A stretch of DNA of 64,000 nucleotides, from NCBI GenBank assembly GCA_965226055.1, contig CBDDCA010000005.1:224001-288000 (forward strand). Direction: 5' to 3'. How positions within the stretch are numbered: the first letter of the stretch is position 1; each line of letters opens with the position of its first letter. Both the position numbers and the translations under genes were made by a program. The DNA comes from Spirochaetia bacterium (GTDB taxonomy: Bacteria > Spirochaetota > Spirochaetia > WTKD01 > G963693115). The notes below the pieces were generated by a model. That model worked only from the letters and a program-made list of their open reading frames with translations, was not told where the DNA came from and ran no database searches. This document shows positions 1-8,929 of this stretch, piece by piece.

Positions 1-2
1 AA

Positions 3-416
3 ATACTCACTGTACAAAATCATGCACTCATAGATAGAAACAACACATTAGATTCTCTCAAAAAAATAAAATATTTCTGCCGTTTACAAACAGTACGAAA
101 AAACAATATACTCTTATTTCCTGAAGGTACAAGACATAAAGCTACGGCCACAAAACCTTTTTTCTCATCTTCAATAAAACTTATACTAAAAACAAGAAAC
201 ATCCCCATTGTATTAGTGGCTCTTAGTAATGGACATAAAATTGATTCTTTTTTTAATGTACCTCCTAATATCACCTTAAGAGCAAAAGTAATGGGAATAC
301 ATACTATTGAAAACTTTCATACATTAGAGAAAGATATTGAACAATTTAGAAATACTATTGATACACAACTATTAGAATGGGAAAAAGAAGACAATGAAGC
401 AAACAAAACCTCATAA
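3..416 (+). CDS. Lysophospholipid acyltransferase (PlsC-like), 5'-truncated by window edge
   Basis: The frame of ORF 216..416 is open from base 3 and reads ...ALIDRNN...NILLFPEGTR...IPIVLVAL, matching acyltransferase motifs (FPEGTR). Confidence 0.75.
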   Translation: MLTVQNHALIDRNNTLDSLKKIKYFCRLQTVRKNNILLFPEGTRHKATATKPFFSSSIKLILKTRNIPIVLVALSNGHKIDSFFNVPPNITLRAKVMGIHTIENFHTLEKDIEQFRNTIDTQLLEWEKEDNEANKTS

Positions 417-2325
417 CATTCCTTCTGTAAAAAAACAGCATCTTATCTCATTTCTCTCTACCATTATCGCCCCACATTCTAAAACTATGCTATTAGGCCT
501 CCTCTGTCTTATTACAGTAAATATCCTGTTATTGTTTATTCCGTATATTTTCTCTACAATCATAGACAATATTATTACAGAAAATAAAACACTCAGTTCA
601 TTCTCTTTTCAATCGCGCAGCATGGTATACACCTATGCACTGCTAGGAATTTCAATACTCATATTTATACTACGCATAGGATGGCGAAGTCTTCTTATTA
701 TTCCTTCATTCAAAATAGAAAATACCTTAAAAAAACACCTTTTTAAGCACTTTCTTCAATTCTCACAAAAATCACAGGAAAAAATTAGCACAGGAGAACA
801 AGTTTCACTTGTAGAAAGAGAAACACAGCAACTCACACAAGCCATTAGCTGGGGAACCCTTGCTCTTGCTGATGGAATATTTACTGTTATCAGTGTATAT
901 ACCATACTCATTATTGGATACAGAGAAATTGCATGGGCATCATTACTACTGTACCCTATTGCTTTCATATATGCATTTTTTCTCTTTAAGAATATCAATA
1001 GACAATACGAACAAATTCAAGGAAAAATAGCAGGCATATCAGAACTTACACGAGCAATGTTTGAAAATATTGCTACTATAAAATCACATAACAGTGAGTT
1101 ATTCTATCAAAATAAATTCTTACAAGAAGGAAAAGATATTGTAAAAACACAAATTCGTATATCTTTTCTTACTTCCATGATGTGGCCACTATTTATCCTA
1201 GTCAATGGAATATCCTTGGTATGTACACTGTACTTTGGCATCCGAGCATACACTTTAGGCACAGCAAGTATAGGAGACATATTTGCAGTCATCAGTTATA
1301 TTGCACAGGTAGAACTTCCTTTTTTAGGACTAGGCTTTGCTTTTGATATACAACAAAAAGGATTATCCACCGTACGTCGCATACAAAAAAGTCTCACTAT
1401 CACTCCAAATGTATATACAACACATACTACTACTCAAACAATATACAACCCCACTCGTATAAAAGGAACATTACACATTGACAATCTTGTGTTTCACTAT
1501 AAAAACGAAGAAGCTCTTTTTCAAAAAACATCAAGCAACAAGAACCGCCCCTATAAACATACAGGCACACATACAGATACACACAAAGAACCAAAAGATG
1601 CCCAAACAAAGCAGTTTACGCTTGGTCCCATTACCTTACACAGCAAAGCAGGCACATGGATAGGAATCACTGGCAAAATAGGCTCTGGAAAAAGCACTCT
1701 TGCAAAACTTATTACTCGAATATACGAAACCGAACAAAGCAATGCAATACAGTGGGACAATATTCCTATTCAAGCATTAGATCTCTCCTTGTTTAGAGAA
1801 CAAGTATTCTATCAAGCACAAGACTTTCATCTCTTTTCTGTCTCAATAGCACAGAACATTGCATTTAATGAAGAAGAGTTAAGTAAGCACACACAAGAAA
1901 AAGCCATCACCTTTGGAACATACAGTGCCCTAGAACAAGATGTAAGCATTTTTCCACAACAATGGCACACTCAAATAGGAGAAGATGGCATTTTGTTATC
2001 GGGAGGACAAAAGCAACGCATTTCACTTGCACGTACTCTTTATGCGCAAGTTCCTGTTCTCATACTAGACGATATATTCTCAGGACTTGACAATCAAACA
2101 TCTAAACAAGTATTACAAAATTTACTCAACATACGAAGCAACAAAACAACTATCATCATTAGCCATAATCTTCCTATTATCAGTAACACAGACAAAATTA
2201 TCGTTATGGACAATGGAAAAATAATTGAGGAAGGCACTCATTTCAACTTATTAAAAAACCCACATTCAGTATACTCTACAAGCTGGAAAGAGTATCTGAT
2301 AGATCAAGGGGAATATTATGAGTAA
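394..2325 (+). CDS. ABC exporter, fused TMD-NBD subunit (heterodimeric multidrug type, subunit A)
   Basis: N-terminal TM helices, Walker A GKIGSGKS, signature LSGGQ, Walker B LILDD (Asp in place of the catalytic Glu). Confidence 0.9.
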   Translation: MKQTKPHNIPSVKKQHLISFLSTIIAPHSKTMLLGLLCLITVNILLLFIPYIFSTIIDNIITENKTLSSFSFQSRSMVYTYALLGISILIFILRIGWRSLLIIPSFKIENTLKKHLFKHFLQFSQKSQEKISTGEQVSLVERETQQLTQAISWGTLALADGIFTVISVYTILIIGYREIAWASLLLYPIAFIYAFFLFKNINRQYEQIQGKIAGISELTRAMFENIATIKSHNSELFYQNKFLQEGKDIVKTQIRISFLTSMMWPLFILVNGISLVCTLYFGIRAYTLGTASIGDIFAVISYIAQVELPFLGLGFAFDIQQKGLSTVRRIQKSLTITPNVYTTHTTTQTIYNPTRIKGTLHIDNLVFHYKNEEALFQKTSSNKNRPYKHTGTHTDTHKEPKDAQTKQFTLGPITLHSKAGTWIGITGKIGSGKSTLAKLITRIYETEQSNAIQWDNIPIQALDLSLFREQVFYQAQDFHLFSVSIAQNIAFNEEELSKHTQEKAITFGTYSALEQDVSIFPQQWHTQIGEDGILLSGGQKQRISLARTLYAQVPVLILDDIFSGLDNQTSKQVLQNLLNIRSNKTTIIISHNLPIISNTDKIIVMDNGKIIEEGTHFNLLKNPHSVYSTSWKEYLIDQGEYYE

Positions 2326-2374
2326 TATACCAAACAATATCTTATAATAAAAATAAAGAATCTCCTTACTAAAC

Positions 2375-4192
2375 ATGAATAATAAAAAGACAAGATCCAC
2401 CTATATACAAGCACTAACACTCTTAAAAACACAAAAACTACTGGTAACAATAAGCATACTTCTTACTATTATATCCTCTCTCTCCAATACATATCTCGCT
2501 CTTATGTTACGTGATGCAATAGATGTTCTTACACAAGAAACATTACAAGATACAACAATACGAAATTTTATTATCAAATATATTAGCATTGCAGCCATAA
2601 GCTCTTTTGCCTTATTTTTACACTCAATAGTAAGCACTATTTTAATTGAAAAAATATTACTCAGTGTACGACAAAAAGTAGTAATACATGCTTTCTCGCA
2701 CTCTATGGATTTTTTTACAAACGAACCAATAGGCAAACTCATTACCCTTACTACCCGTGATTTAGATGCCATTGGTAATTTTTTTAGAAACATACTCACA
2801 CAAATTATCAGCAGTAGCATAGCTTTTATCATAGTAGTAGTAACCCTTTTTATTCTTAACACCTATCTAGCACTTATCACACTTGGCATTGTCCCCTTAT
2901 TGATAGTATTGGTAAACTACTTTCGCAAAAAAATTCTCAAAAAATCAAAAATTGTTCGTGAAAACACAGAAAAAATAAACATTTACCTCACAGAACATTT
3001 ACAAGGAAAACTTGACATACAGCTTCATAACAAACTGGATACCAGCAACAAAAAGTTTACTTCTATTGCAGATACCTACTATAACAGCAGACGTAATCTT
3101 GCTCTACAAGAAATGCTACTACGCCCCTTCCTCAACCTTATGCTCATTATCATAACCATTGTTGTTATTATTTCAGGAAGTATACTTAGCATAAAAGGAT
3201 TTATTACCATTGGAGTTATCATTGCATATATTCAACTTATAGACAGATTTTTCTTTCCTCTCATTACCATCGCTCAAAACATAAATCAGGTACAAGAATC
3301 ACTCATAAGCTTCAATAAAATTTTTACATTTCTTTCTACCAAGCCAAGCATTACAGAGAATGCTCCAACAGAAAGCATCCTTACACACAAAGACACTGCT
3401 ACACCAACAAAAAACTCTCCTCTCCATACTCACCATCATATCTCACAAAAAACACTTGAGCTAGAATTTAAGAATGTCAGTTTCGCATATAAAGACGACA
3501 CTTTAGTACTAAAAAATATACATTTTACACTATCACCAAATAAAACTATAGCCTTAGTGGGACATAGTGGCTCAGGAAAAACTACGATAGTAAAACTTTG
3601 CATGCGATTTTGGGATGTACAACAAGGAAGCATTACCTTAAATGGCATTGACATCCGAAACATTCCTGTCCATTCTCTACGAAACAATATAGCCTTACTT
3701 CATCAAGATAGCCTCATATTACATGGCAGTATCCGAGAAAATATAGAAATGGGAAGACATATACAACAAAAAGAACTTGACATACTCGCAGAAAAAAGTA
3801 ATCTTGATACAATAATGAAGCGTTCTCATCTGACATGGGACAGTGTAATACATAAAAAACAACTATCAGTAGGAGAACAACGCATTATAGCAATCTGTCG
3901 AGTATTAGCAAATGCTCCAAGCATAGTATTACTTGACGAATTTAGTGCAACACTAGACAATAATACCGAAAAAACAATACAGTCACTTCTAAAAGAACTA
4001 CAAAAAAAGAGAGGAACACTCATTATAGCTCATAGGCTCAATACCATAAAAGATGCAGACGAAATAATATACCTAAAAGAAGGGGAAATACTAGAAAAAG
4101 GAACACATACACATTTATTACATAAAAAAGATCATTACTATAATATGCTTCAAAAGATGCGTGACACTATTGTAGAAAAAACAAAAATATAA
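2375..4192 (+). CDS. ABC exporter, fused TMD-NBD subunit (subunit B)
   Basis: TM domain, Walker A GHSGSGKT, degenerate signature LSVGE, Walker B LLDE, IAHRL switch. Confidence 0.9.
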   Translation: MNNKKTRSTYIQALTLLKTQKLLVTISILLTIISSLSNTYLALMLRDAIDVLTQETLQDTTIRNFIIKYISIAAISSFALFLHSIVSTILIEKILLSVRQKVVIHAFSHSMDFFTNEPIGKLITLTTRDLDAIGNFFRNILTQIISSSIAFIIVVVTLFILNTYLALITLGIVPLLIVLVNYFRKKILKKSKIVRENTEKINIYLTEHLQGKLDIQLHNKLDTSNKKFTSIADTYYNSRRNLALQEMLLRPFLNLMLIIITIVVIISGSILSIKGFITIGVIIAYIQLIDRFFFPLITIAQNINQVQESLISFNKIFTFLSTKPSITENAPTESILTHKDTATPTKNSPLHTHHHISQKTLELEFKNVSFAYKDDTLVLKNIHFTLSPNKTIALVGHSGSGKTTIVKLCMRFWDVQQGSITLNGIDIRNIPVHSLRNNIALLHQDSLILHGSIRENIEMGRHIQQKELDILAEKSNLDTIMKRSHLTWDSVIHKKQLSVGEQRIIAICRVLANAPSIVLLDEFSATLDNNTEKTIQSLLKELQKKRGTLIIAHRLNTIKDADEIIYLKEGEILEKGTHTHLLHKKDHYYNMLQKMRDTIVEKTKI

Positions 4193-4217
4193 CTTTCTCT
4201 TCCAATAAAAACATCTT

Positions 4218-5894
4218 TTAATTAGCTCTCCATCTTTCTTTCAAAGATACAGTATAATTAAAATGCAATGCATTTTTCTCTCTACTTGTTATAGCATCAA
4301 GTATATAATACCCTTTTCGTAAAAACTGTAAAGGAACAGGAACAAACTCATTATCAAAAGAATGTAATTGTACAATAAAAGGCTCCGCTTTTACTGTATG
4401 TATATGCATAAACGAACGAGGGTTTATATGCTTATGTATATCTTGTAAATCTACTTGTTCAGGATTATCATGTGTAAATAAATGTTCATAATGATGTATC
4501 TCAATATCTACCGCATGCTTTACTGACACCCAATGTAATGTACCTTTTATTTTTCTTCCATCTTCTGACCAGCCTCCCCTTGTTGTAGGATCATATTCAG
4601 CATGAATTTCCTGTATGTTCCCCTGCTCATCTTTTATCACATGAGTACACGTAATATAATACGCATACTTTAAACGAACTTCTTTTCCCGGACTTAAGCG
4701 AAAATACTTTGAAGGCGGGTTTTCATTAAAATCTTCACGTTCAATATATAAAACACGAGAAAAAGGCACTTCATGAACCCCAGACTGCTCATCTTCAGGA
4801 TTATCAGAAACAGAAAATATTTCCTCTTTTTCTTTGGGGTAATTAACAATCACTAATTTTATAGGATCTAATACTGCCATAAGTCGCAACGCTCTTTTGT
4901 TGAGATCTTGACGCAAACTTTCCTCTAATCGATTATACTCTATAGTAGAATTTACTTTCGTTATGCCTACCTCTTTACAAAAATTTTGAACCGCTTGAGC
5001 AGTATACCCTCTTCTTCGCAGTCCTGCCAAAGTTCCCAACCGAGGATCGTCCCATCCCTCTACTATTTTATTGTCAATGAGAAACTTTACTTTTCGTTTA
5101 CTTAATACAGTATGAGAAATACTCAGACGCGCAAACTCTATTTGTTGTGGATGCAGCTCTTGTACATGAACATGTGAAATAAACCAATCATATAAAGGAC
5201 GATGTACCTCAAACTCTAAAGTACATAAAGAATGCGTAATACCCTCTATAGCGTCAGATAAGCAATGTGCATAATCATACATAGGATATATACACCATGT
5301 AGTACCAGTATTATGATGAGGCTGATGTTTAATACGATATATAACAGGATCACGCATCGTTATATTAGGATGTTGCATATCAATTTTTGCACGTAACAAA
5401 CAAGTTCCATCTTCAAACTTACCTTGTCGCATATCCTCAAATAACGATAAATTTTCTTCTATTGTTCTATCACGATACTGACTATTTGTACCTACCTGTG
5501 TTGGTGTCCCTCGCTGTTCCTTTATTTCTTGAGCTGAGCTATGATCAACATAGGCAAGGTTTTTCTTAATCAATATAACTGCATAATCATATAATTGCTG
5601 AAAATAGTTTGAAGTATACTTTGGTTCTCCTTCCCATGAAAAACCAAGCCATTTTACAACATCAATAATAGCATCCACAAACAGTCCTTTCTCTCGTTCA
5701 GGATTAGTATCATCAAACCGTAAATTACATGTTCCCCCAAACTCCTTTGCAACAGAAAAATTCAATACTATTGATTTTGCATGTCCAATATGTAAAAACC
5801 CATTTGGTTCTGGAGGAAAACGAGTATGAATTTTCTTAATAATACCTGCATCTAAATCATCGCGTACTTTTTTTCTAATAAAATCTTCTGGCAT
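4218..5894 (-). CDS. glnS: Glutamine--tRNA ligase
   Basis: TRFPPEPNGFLHIGHAKS (HIGH), LRFDDTNP, HSLCTLEF, VLSKRK motifs. Confidence 0.97.
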   Translation of the reverse strand: MPEDFIRKKVRDDLDAGIIKKIHTRFPPEPNGFLHIGHAKSIVLNFSVAKEFGGTCNLRFDDTNPEREKGLFVDAIIDVVKWLGFSWEGEPKYTSNYFQQLYDYAVILIKKNLAYVDHSSAQEIKEQRGTPTQVGTNSQYRDRTIEENLSLFEDMRQGKFEDGTCLLRAKIDMQHPNITMRDPVIYRIKHQPHHNTGTTWCIYPMYDYAHCLSDAIEGITHSLCTLEFEVHRPLYDWFISHVHVQELHPQQIEFARLSISHTVLSKRKVKFLIDNKIVEGWDDPRLGTLAGLRRRGYTAQAVQNFCKEVGITKVNSTIEYNRLEESLRQDLNKRALRLMAVLDPIKLVIVNYPKEKEEIFSVSDNPEDEQSGVHEVPFSRVLYIEREDFNENPPSKYFRLSPGKEVRLKYAYYITCTHVIKDEQGNIQEIHAEYDPTTRGGWSEDGRKIKGTLHWVSVKHAVDIEIHHYEHLFTHDNPEQVDLQDIHKHINPRSFMHIHTVKAEPFIVQLHSFDNEFVPVPLQFLRKGYYILDAITSREKNALHFNYTVSLKERWRAN

Positions 5895-6044
5895 ATCACC
5901 CCTCTCTCCACAAAATATTCACTACTTATTATAATATAGCATATACTAAAATATAGGAAAGATATTTCATCATTAGAATTTCCAGTACATACATCAACTA
6001 ACATGAAAAAATATAGTAGCACTTACGAAACATTCCTCATTACA

Positions 6045-6101
6045 TTATTGCGATACATTCTCATCATAATATATATGTTTTGAATCATAAAGAAAAGAAG
6101 C
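6045..6101 (-). pseudogene. Decayed remnant of a PEBP-like C-terminal domain behind the stop of the 870-aa lipoprotein
   Basis: In-frame read-through after TGA gives ASFLYDSKHIYYDENVSQ*, which aligns without gaps to DVLPRDSKYLYNNGNVSPQ of the 1119-aa paralogue. Confidence 0.7.
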
Positions 6102-8684
6102 TCAATTAGTCAAAGAAGCCGAATTTCCTATAGATTGTTTCTTAAAAATTGACACATTCATACTTGTTCCTTTAAACATATCCTTCCAATTTGTTACTTT
6201 ACGAACATCCCAACCTGAAATATCTTGATAGAACACCTTTGCATTATCAAACATATAGGACATGTTCACTACATTTTCTGTATTCCATCTTGATATATCT
6301 TGATTAAACACTGTCGCATTACTAAACATATATACCATATTTTCTACATTACCTACATTCCAATCTGCCACATTTCCATTAAATGAAGATGCATAAAAGA
6401 ACAATCCTTCCATATTTCTCACATTTCTTGTGTTCCAATCGGATATATCTTGATTAAACATTGTCGCATACGCAAACATATACCCCATATCAGTAACACT
6501 ACTCGTATTCCAACTTGATATATCTTGATTAAACATTGTTGCTTTGAAGAACATAATATTCATATCTTCAACATTACTGGTATTCCAGTTTGATATATCT
6601 TGATTAAAAGATACTGCAGTATGAAACATACCTTTTGTATTTGTCACCTTACTTACATCCCATGCAGATATATTTTGATTAAAGTCTTTTGTATGAGCAA
6701 ACATACCCCCCATATCAATAACATTACTGGTATCCCAACCTGATATACCTTGATTAAACACTTGTGCATATGCAAACATGTAGGACATATCTATTACATT
6801 ACTGGTATTCCAATTTGATATATCTTGATTAAATCTTCTTGCTCTATAAAACATTCTGTTCATATTTTTTACATTACTCGTATCCCAATCGGAGATATCT
6901 CTATTAAACTTGGGCAGATCCTCATGATATATATAAGTCCTATAATCAGAGGAAAACATATAGCTCATATCAATAACATTACTGGTATCCCAATCTGATA
7001 TATCTTGATTAAAATATCGTGCACTCCCAAACATATAGGACATATCCGTTACATTACTCGTATCCCACTGAGATATATCACTATTAAAATTAAATGCCCG
7101 ATAGAACATTTTGTGCATAGTCGTTACTCTACCTGTATTCCACACCGATATATCACCATTAAAAGAATTTGCTCCTGAGAACATTTTACTCATAGTTACT
7201 ACATTACTTGTATCCCAGCCCGATACATCCACTATCACAAAAGGAGCTAGCTCAAACATAGATTCCATCGTAATAACATTACTTGTATCCCACTGGGATA
7301 TATCTCTTTGAAATACATTTGTTTTATAAGAACTCTGTGTTGGATGATATACAAAATACTCCCCTGAAAAACCATAAAACATATAACTCATATCAGTAAC
7401 GCTACTTGTATCCCACTTTGATATATCACCATTAAACGCTTTTACTCCATAAAACATACGACTCATATCTGTCACATTACTCGTATTCCAACCTGAAATA
7501 TCTCCCTGAAACAATACCATATCTTTCAATAACGAACTCATATCAGTAATAAGACTTGTGTCTATTATGTTTAAGTCTGCTTTATTCCCTTGCTTTTGTA
7601 TTTCTGCCTCTATAATATTACGCAACTCCTCTTTCGTTTTCGGTCTATACTGAGATATACTAGTTCCCTGCTCAATATGTACTGTTACCGTAGTCTTTGC
7701 TGTCCCTCCATAGTCTCCATTTCCACTATATGTTATTGTATAAGTAGTGTACGATACTACCTCAGTAGGCACTCCTGTTATTTCTCCTGTAGCCGAATTT
7801 AACTTCAATCCTGCAGGCAAAAGAGAACTTACACGAAAAACACCTGTCGCCTGTTTTGGAATTGTATGCACTGTAACTACCTCTATTGCTTTTCCTACTT
7901 TCCCAATAAGCTCTGACTTACTTGTCTGTATGCTTATAATTCCCTCCTTTAGTTGCGAAGGAATACAATGTTGTACAGCTACTATACTCACCGCATTTTG
8001 ATACATATCCATATATACAAGCTCTACCTTATACGCTACATCATTCATAATATTTAATCCAATATGCCCAATAGACTCCCTTCCTATTGCAATATCTTGT
8101 ACAATCACTTCCCGAACCTTTTTAGTAACAATGGTATGTACTCTTACTTTCAAAATACTAATATCAGTATTGCTTTTATCTATACTCTCTTTATCCCATA
8201 CAAGATATATATCTTTTTCTACTTTTACTATCCGCACAGACTGTAATCTATCTTGTGGAGCAGTAGTATCTTCAAAAATTGCTACCGATTTCTTTATTTC
8301 TGATGACTCCTTTTTTCCTGTTCTTGCCTTTATTTTTATCTCGTATTGTGTCTTCTGTTGCAATCCTTTTAATGTATATTTTTGACCATTTTTCTTATAT
8401 TCTGATGCTGGTATCACAACCTCAATAGGCGTATCGCCTGATACAGGAACTGCTATTATAACCACTTCTTCTGCTTTTTTTGGAGCTTTCCAACTAATCT
8501 GTATACTACTCTCATCATCTATACCCCTCATTACTACTTCAGACAACGCTAATGAAATATCAACCTTCTCTTCTTCTTTCGCTATATCCTTCAATAATGT
8601 GTTTATATTTAATCCATCACAAGCAGAAAGTATAAACATAAAAATAATCCATAGTAATACATGAACCCCCATCATTTGTTTCAT
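6102..8684 (-). CDS. Surface lipoprotein: 2 FN3-like domains, Ig (He_PIG-like) domain and 17 DUF285/BspA-like repeats
   Basis: Lipobox ILSAC, LPAGLKLNSATGEITGVPT, 25-aa repeats FNQDISxWxTSNVxDMSYMF. Start placed at ATG 8684 behind a GAGGAG RBS (the ORF track starts at 8714). Confidence 0.85.
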   Translation of the reverse strand: MKQMMGVHVLLWIIFMFILSACDGLNINTLLKDIAKEEEKVDISLALSEVVMRGIDDESSIQISWKAPKKAEEVVIIAVPVSGDTPIEVVIPASEYKKNGQKYTLKGLQQKTQYEIKIKARTGKKESSEIKKSVAIFEDTTAPQDRLQSVRIVKVEKDIYLVWDKESIDKSNTDISILKVRVHTIVTKKVREVIVQDIAIGRESIGHIGLNIMNDVAYKVELVYMDMYQNAVSIVAVQHCIPSQLKEGIISIQTSKSELIGKVGKAIEVVTVHTIPKQATGVFRVSSLLPAGLKLNSATGEITGVPTEVVSYTTYTITYSGNGDYGGTAKTTVTVHIEQGTSISQYRPKTKEELRNIIEAEIQKQGNKADLNIIDTSLITDMSSLLKDMVLFQGDISGWNTSNVTDMSRMFYGVKAFNGDISKWDTSSVTDMSYMFYGFSGEYFVYHPTQSSYKTNVFQRDISQWDTSNVITMESMFELAPFVIVDVSGWDTSNVVTMSKMFSGANSFNGDISVWNTGRVTTMHKMFYRAFNFNSDISQWDTSNVTDMSYMFGSARYFNQDISDWDTSNVIDMSYMFSSDYRTYIYHEDLPKFNRDISDWDTSNVKNMNRMFYRARRFNQDISNWNTSNVIDMSYMFAYAQVFNQGISGWDTSNVIDMGGMFAHTKDFNQNISAWDVSKVTNTKGMFHTAVSFNQDISNWNTSNVEDMNIMFFKATMFNQDISSWNTSSVTDMGYMFAYATMFNQDISDWNTRNVRNMEGLFFYASSFNGNVADWNVGNVENMVYMFSNATVFNQDISRWNTENVVNMSYMFDNAKVFYQDISGWDVRKVTNWKDMFKGTSMNVSIFKKQSIGNSASLTN

Positions 8685-8809
8685 ATTATTGCTCCTCTTA
8701 TATAAAAAATACATGCGTTCATTAGCATTATAGTATCACTAATTATACTAGTAACTATACATATAAAATCAAGTATTTTTTATATTATTTTTTGATATTA
8801 CCAATAATA

Positions 8810-8889
8810 AGCAAATGTATACTTTAGTATACATTTGCTATTGTGAGATTCTTATACTAGCAATGCTATACACTATTGAGTGTATAGCA
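8810..8889 (-). terminator. Two tandem hairpins downstream of the 1119-aa gene
   Basis: AGCAAATGTATACT-tt-AGTATACATTTGCT (8810-8839) and TGCTATACACT-attg-AGTGTATAGCA (8864-8889). Confidence 0.6.
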
Positions 8890-8929
8890 GACTCTAGCCT
8901 TAAAGCCAGTGAAAAAACAGAAAATCTTG

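Noticed and set aside
6102-6104. TGA read-through or an alternative genetic code
   Set aside because: The aligned residue is Gly rather than Trp, an in-frame TAA follows 19 codons later, other genes end at TGA, and Trp is encoded by TGG
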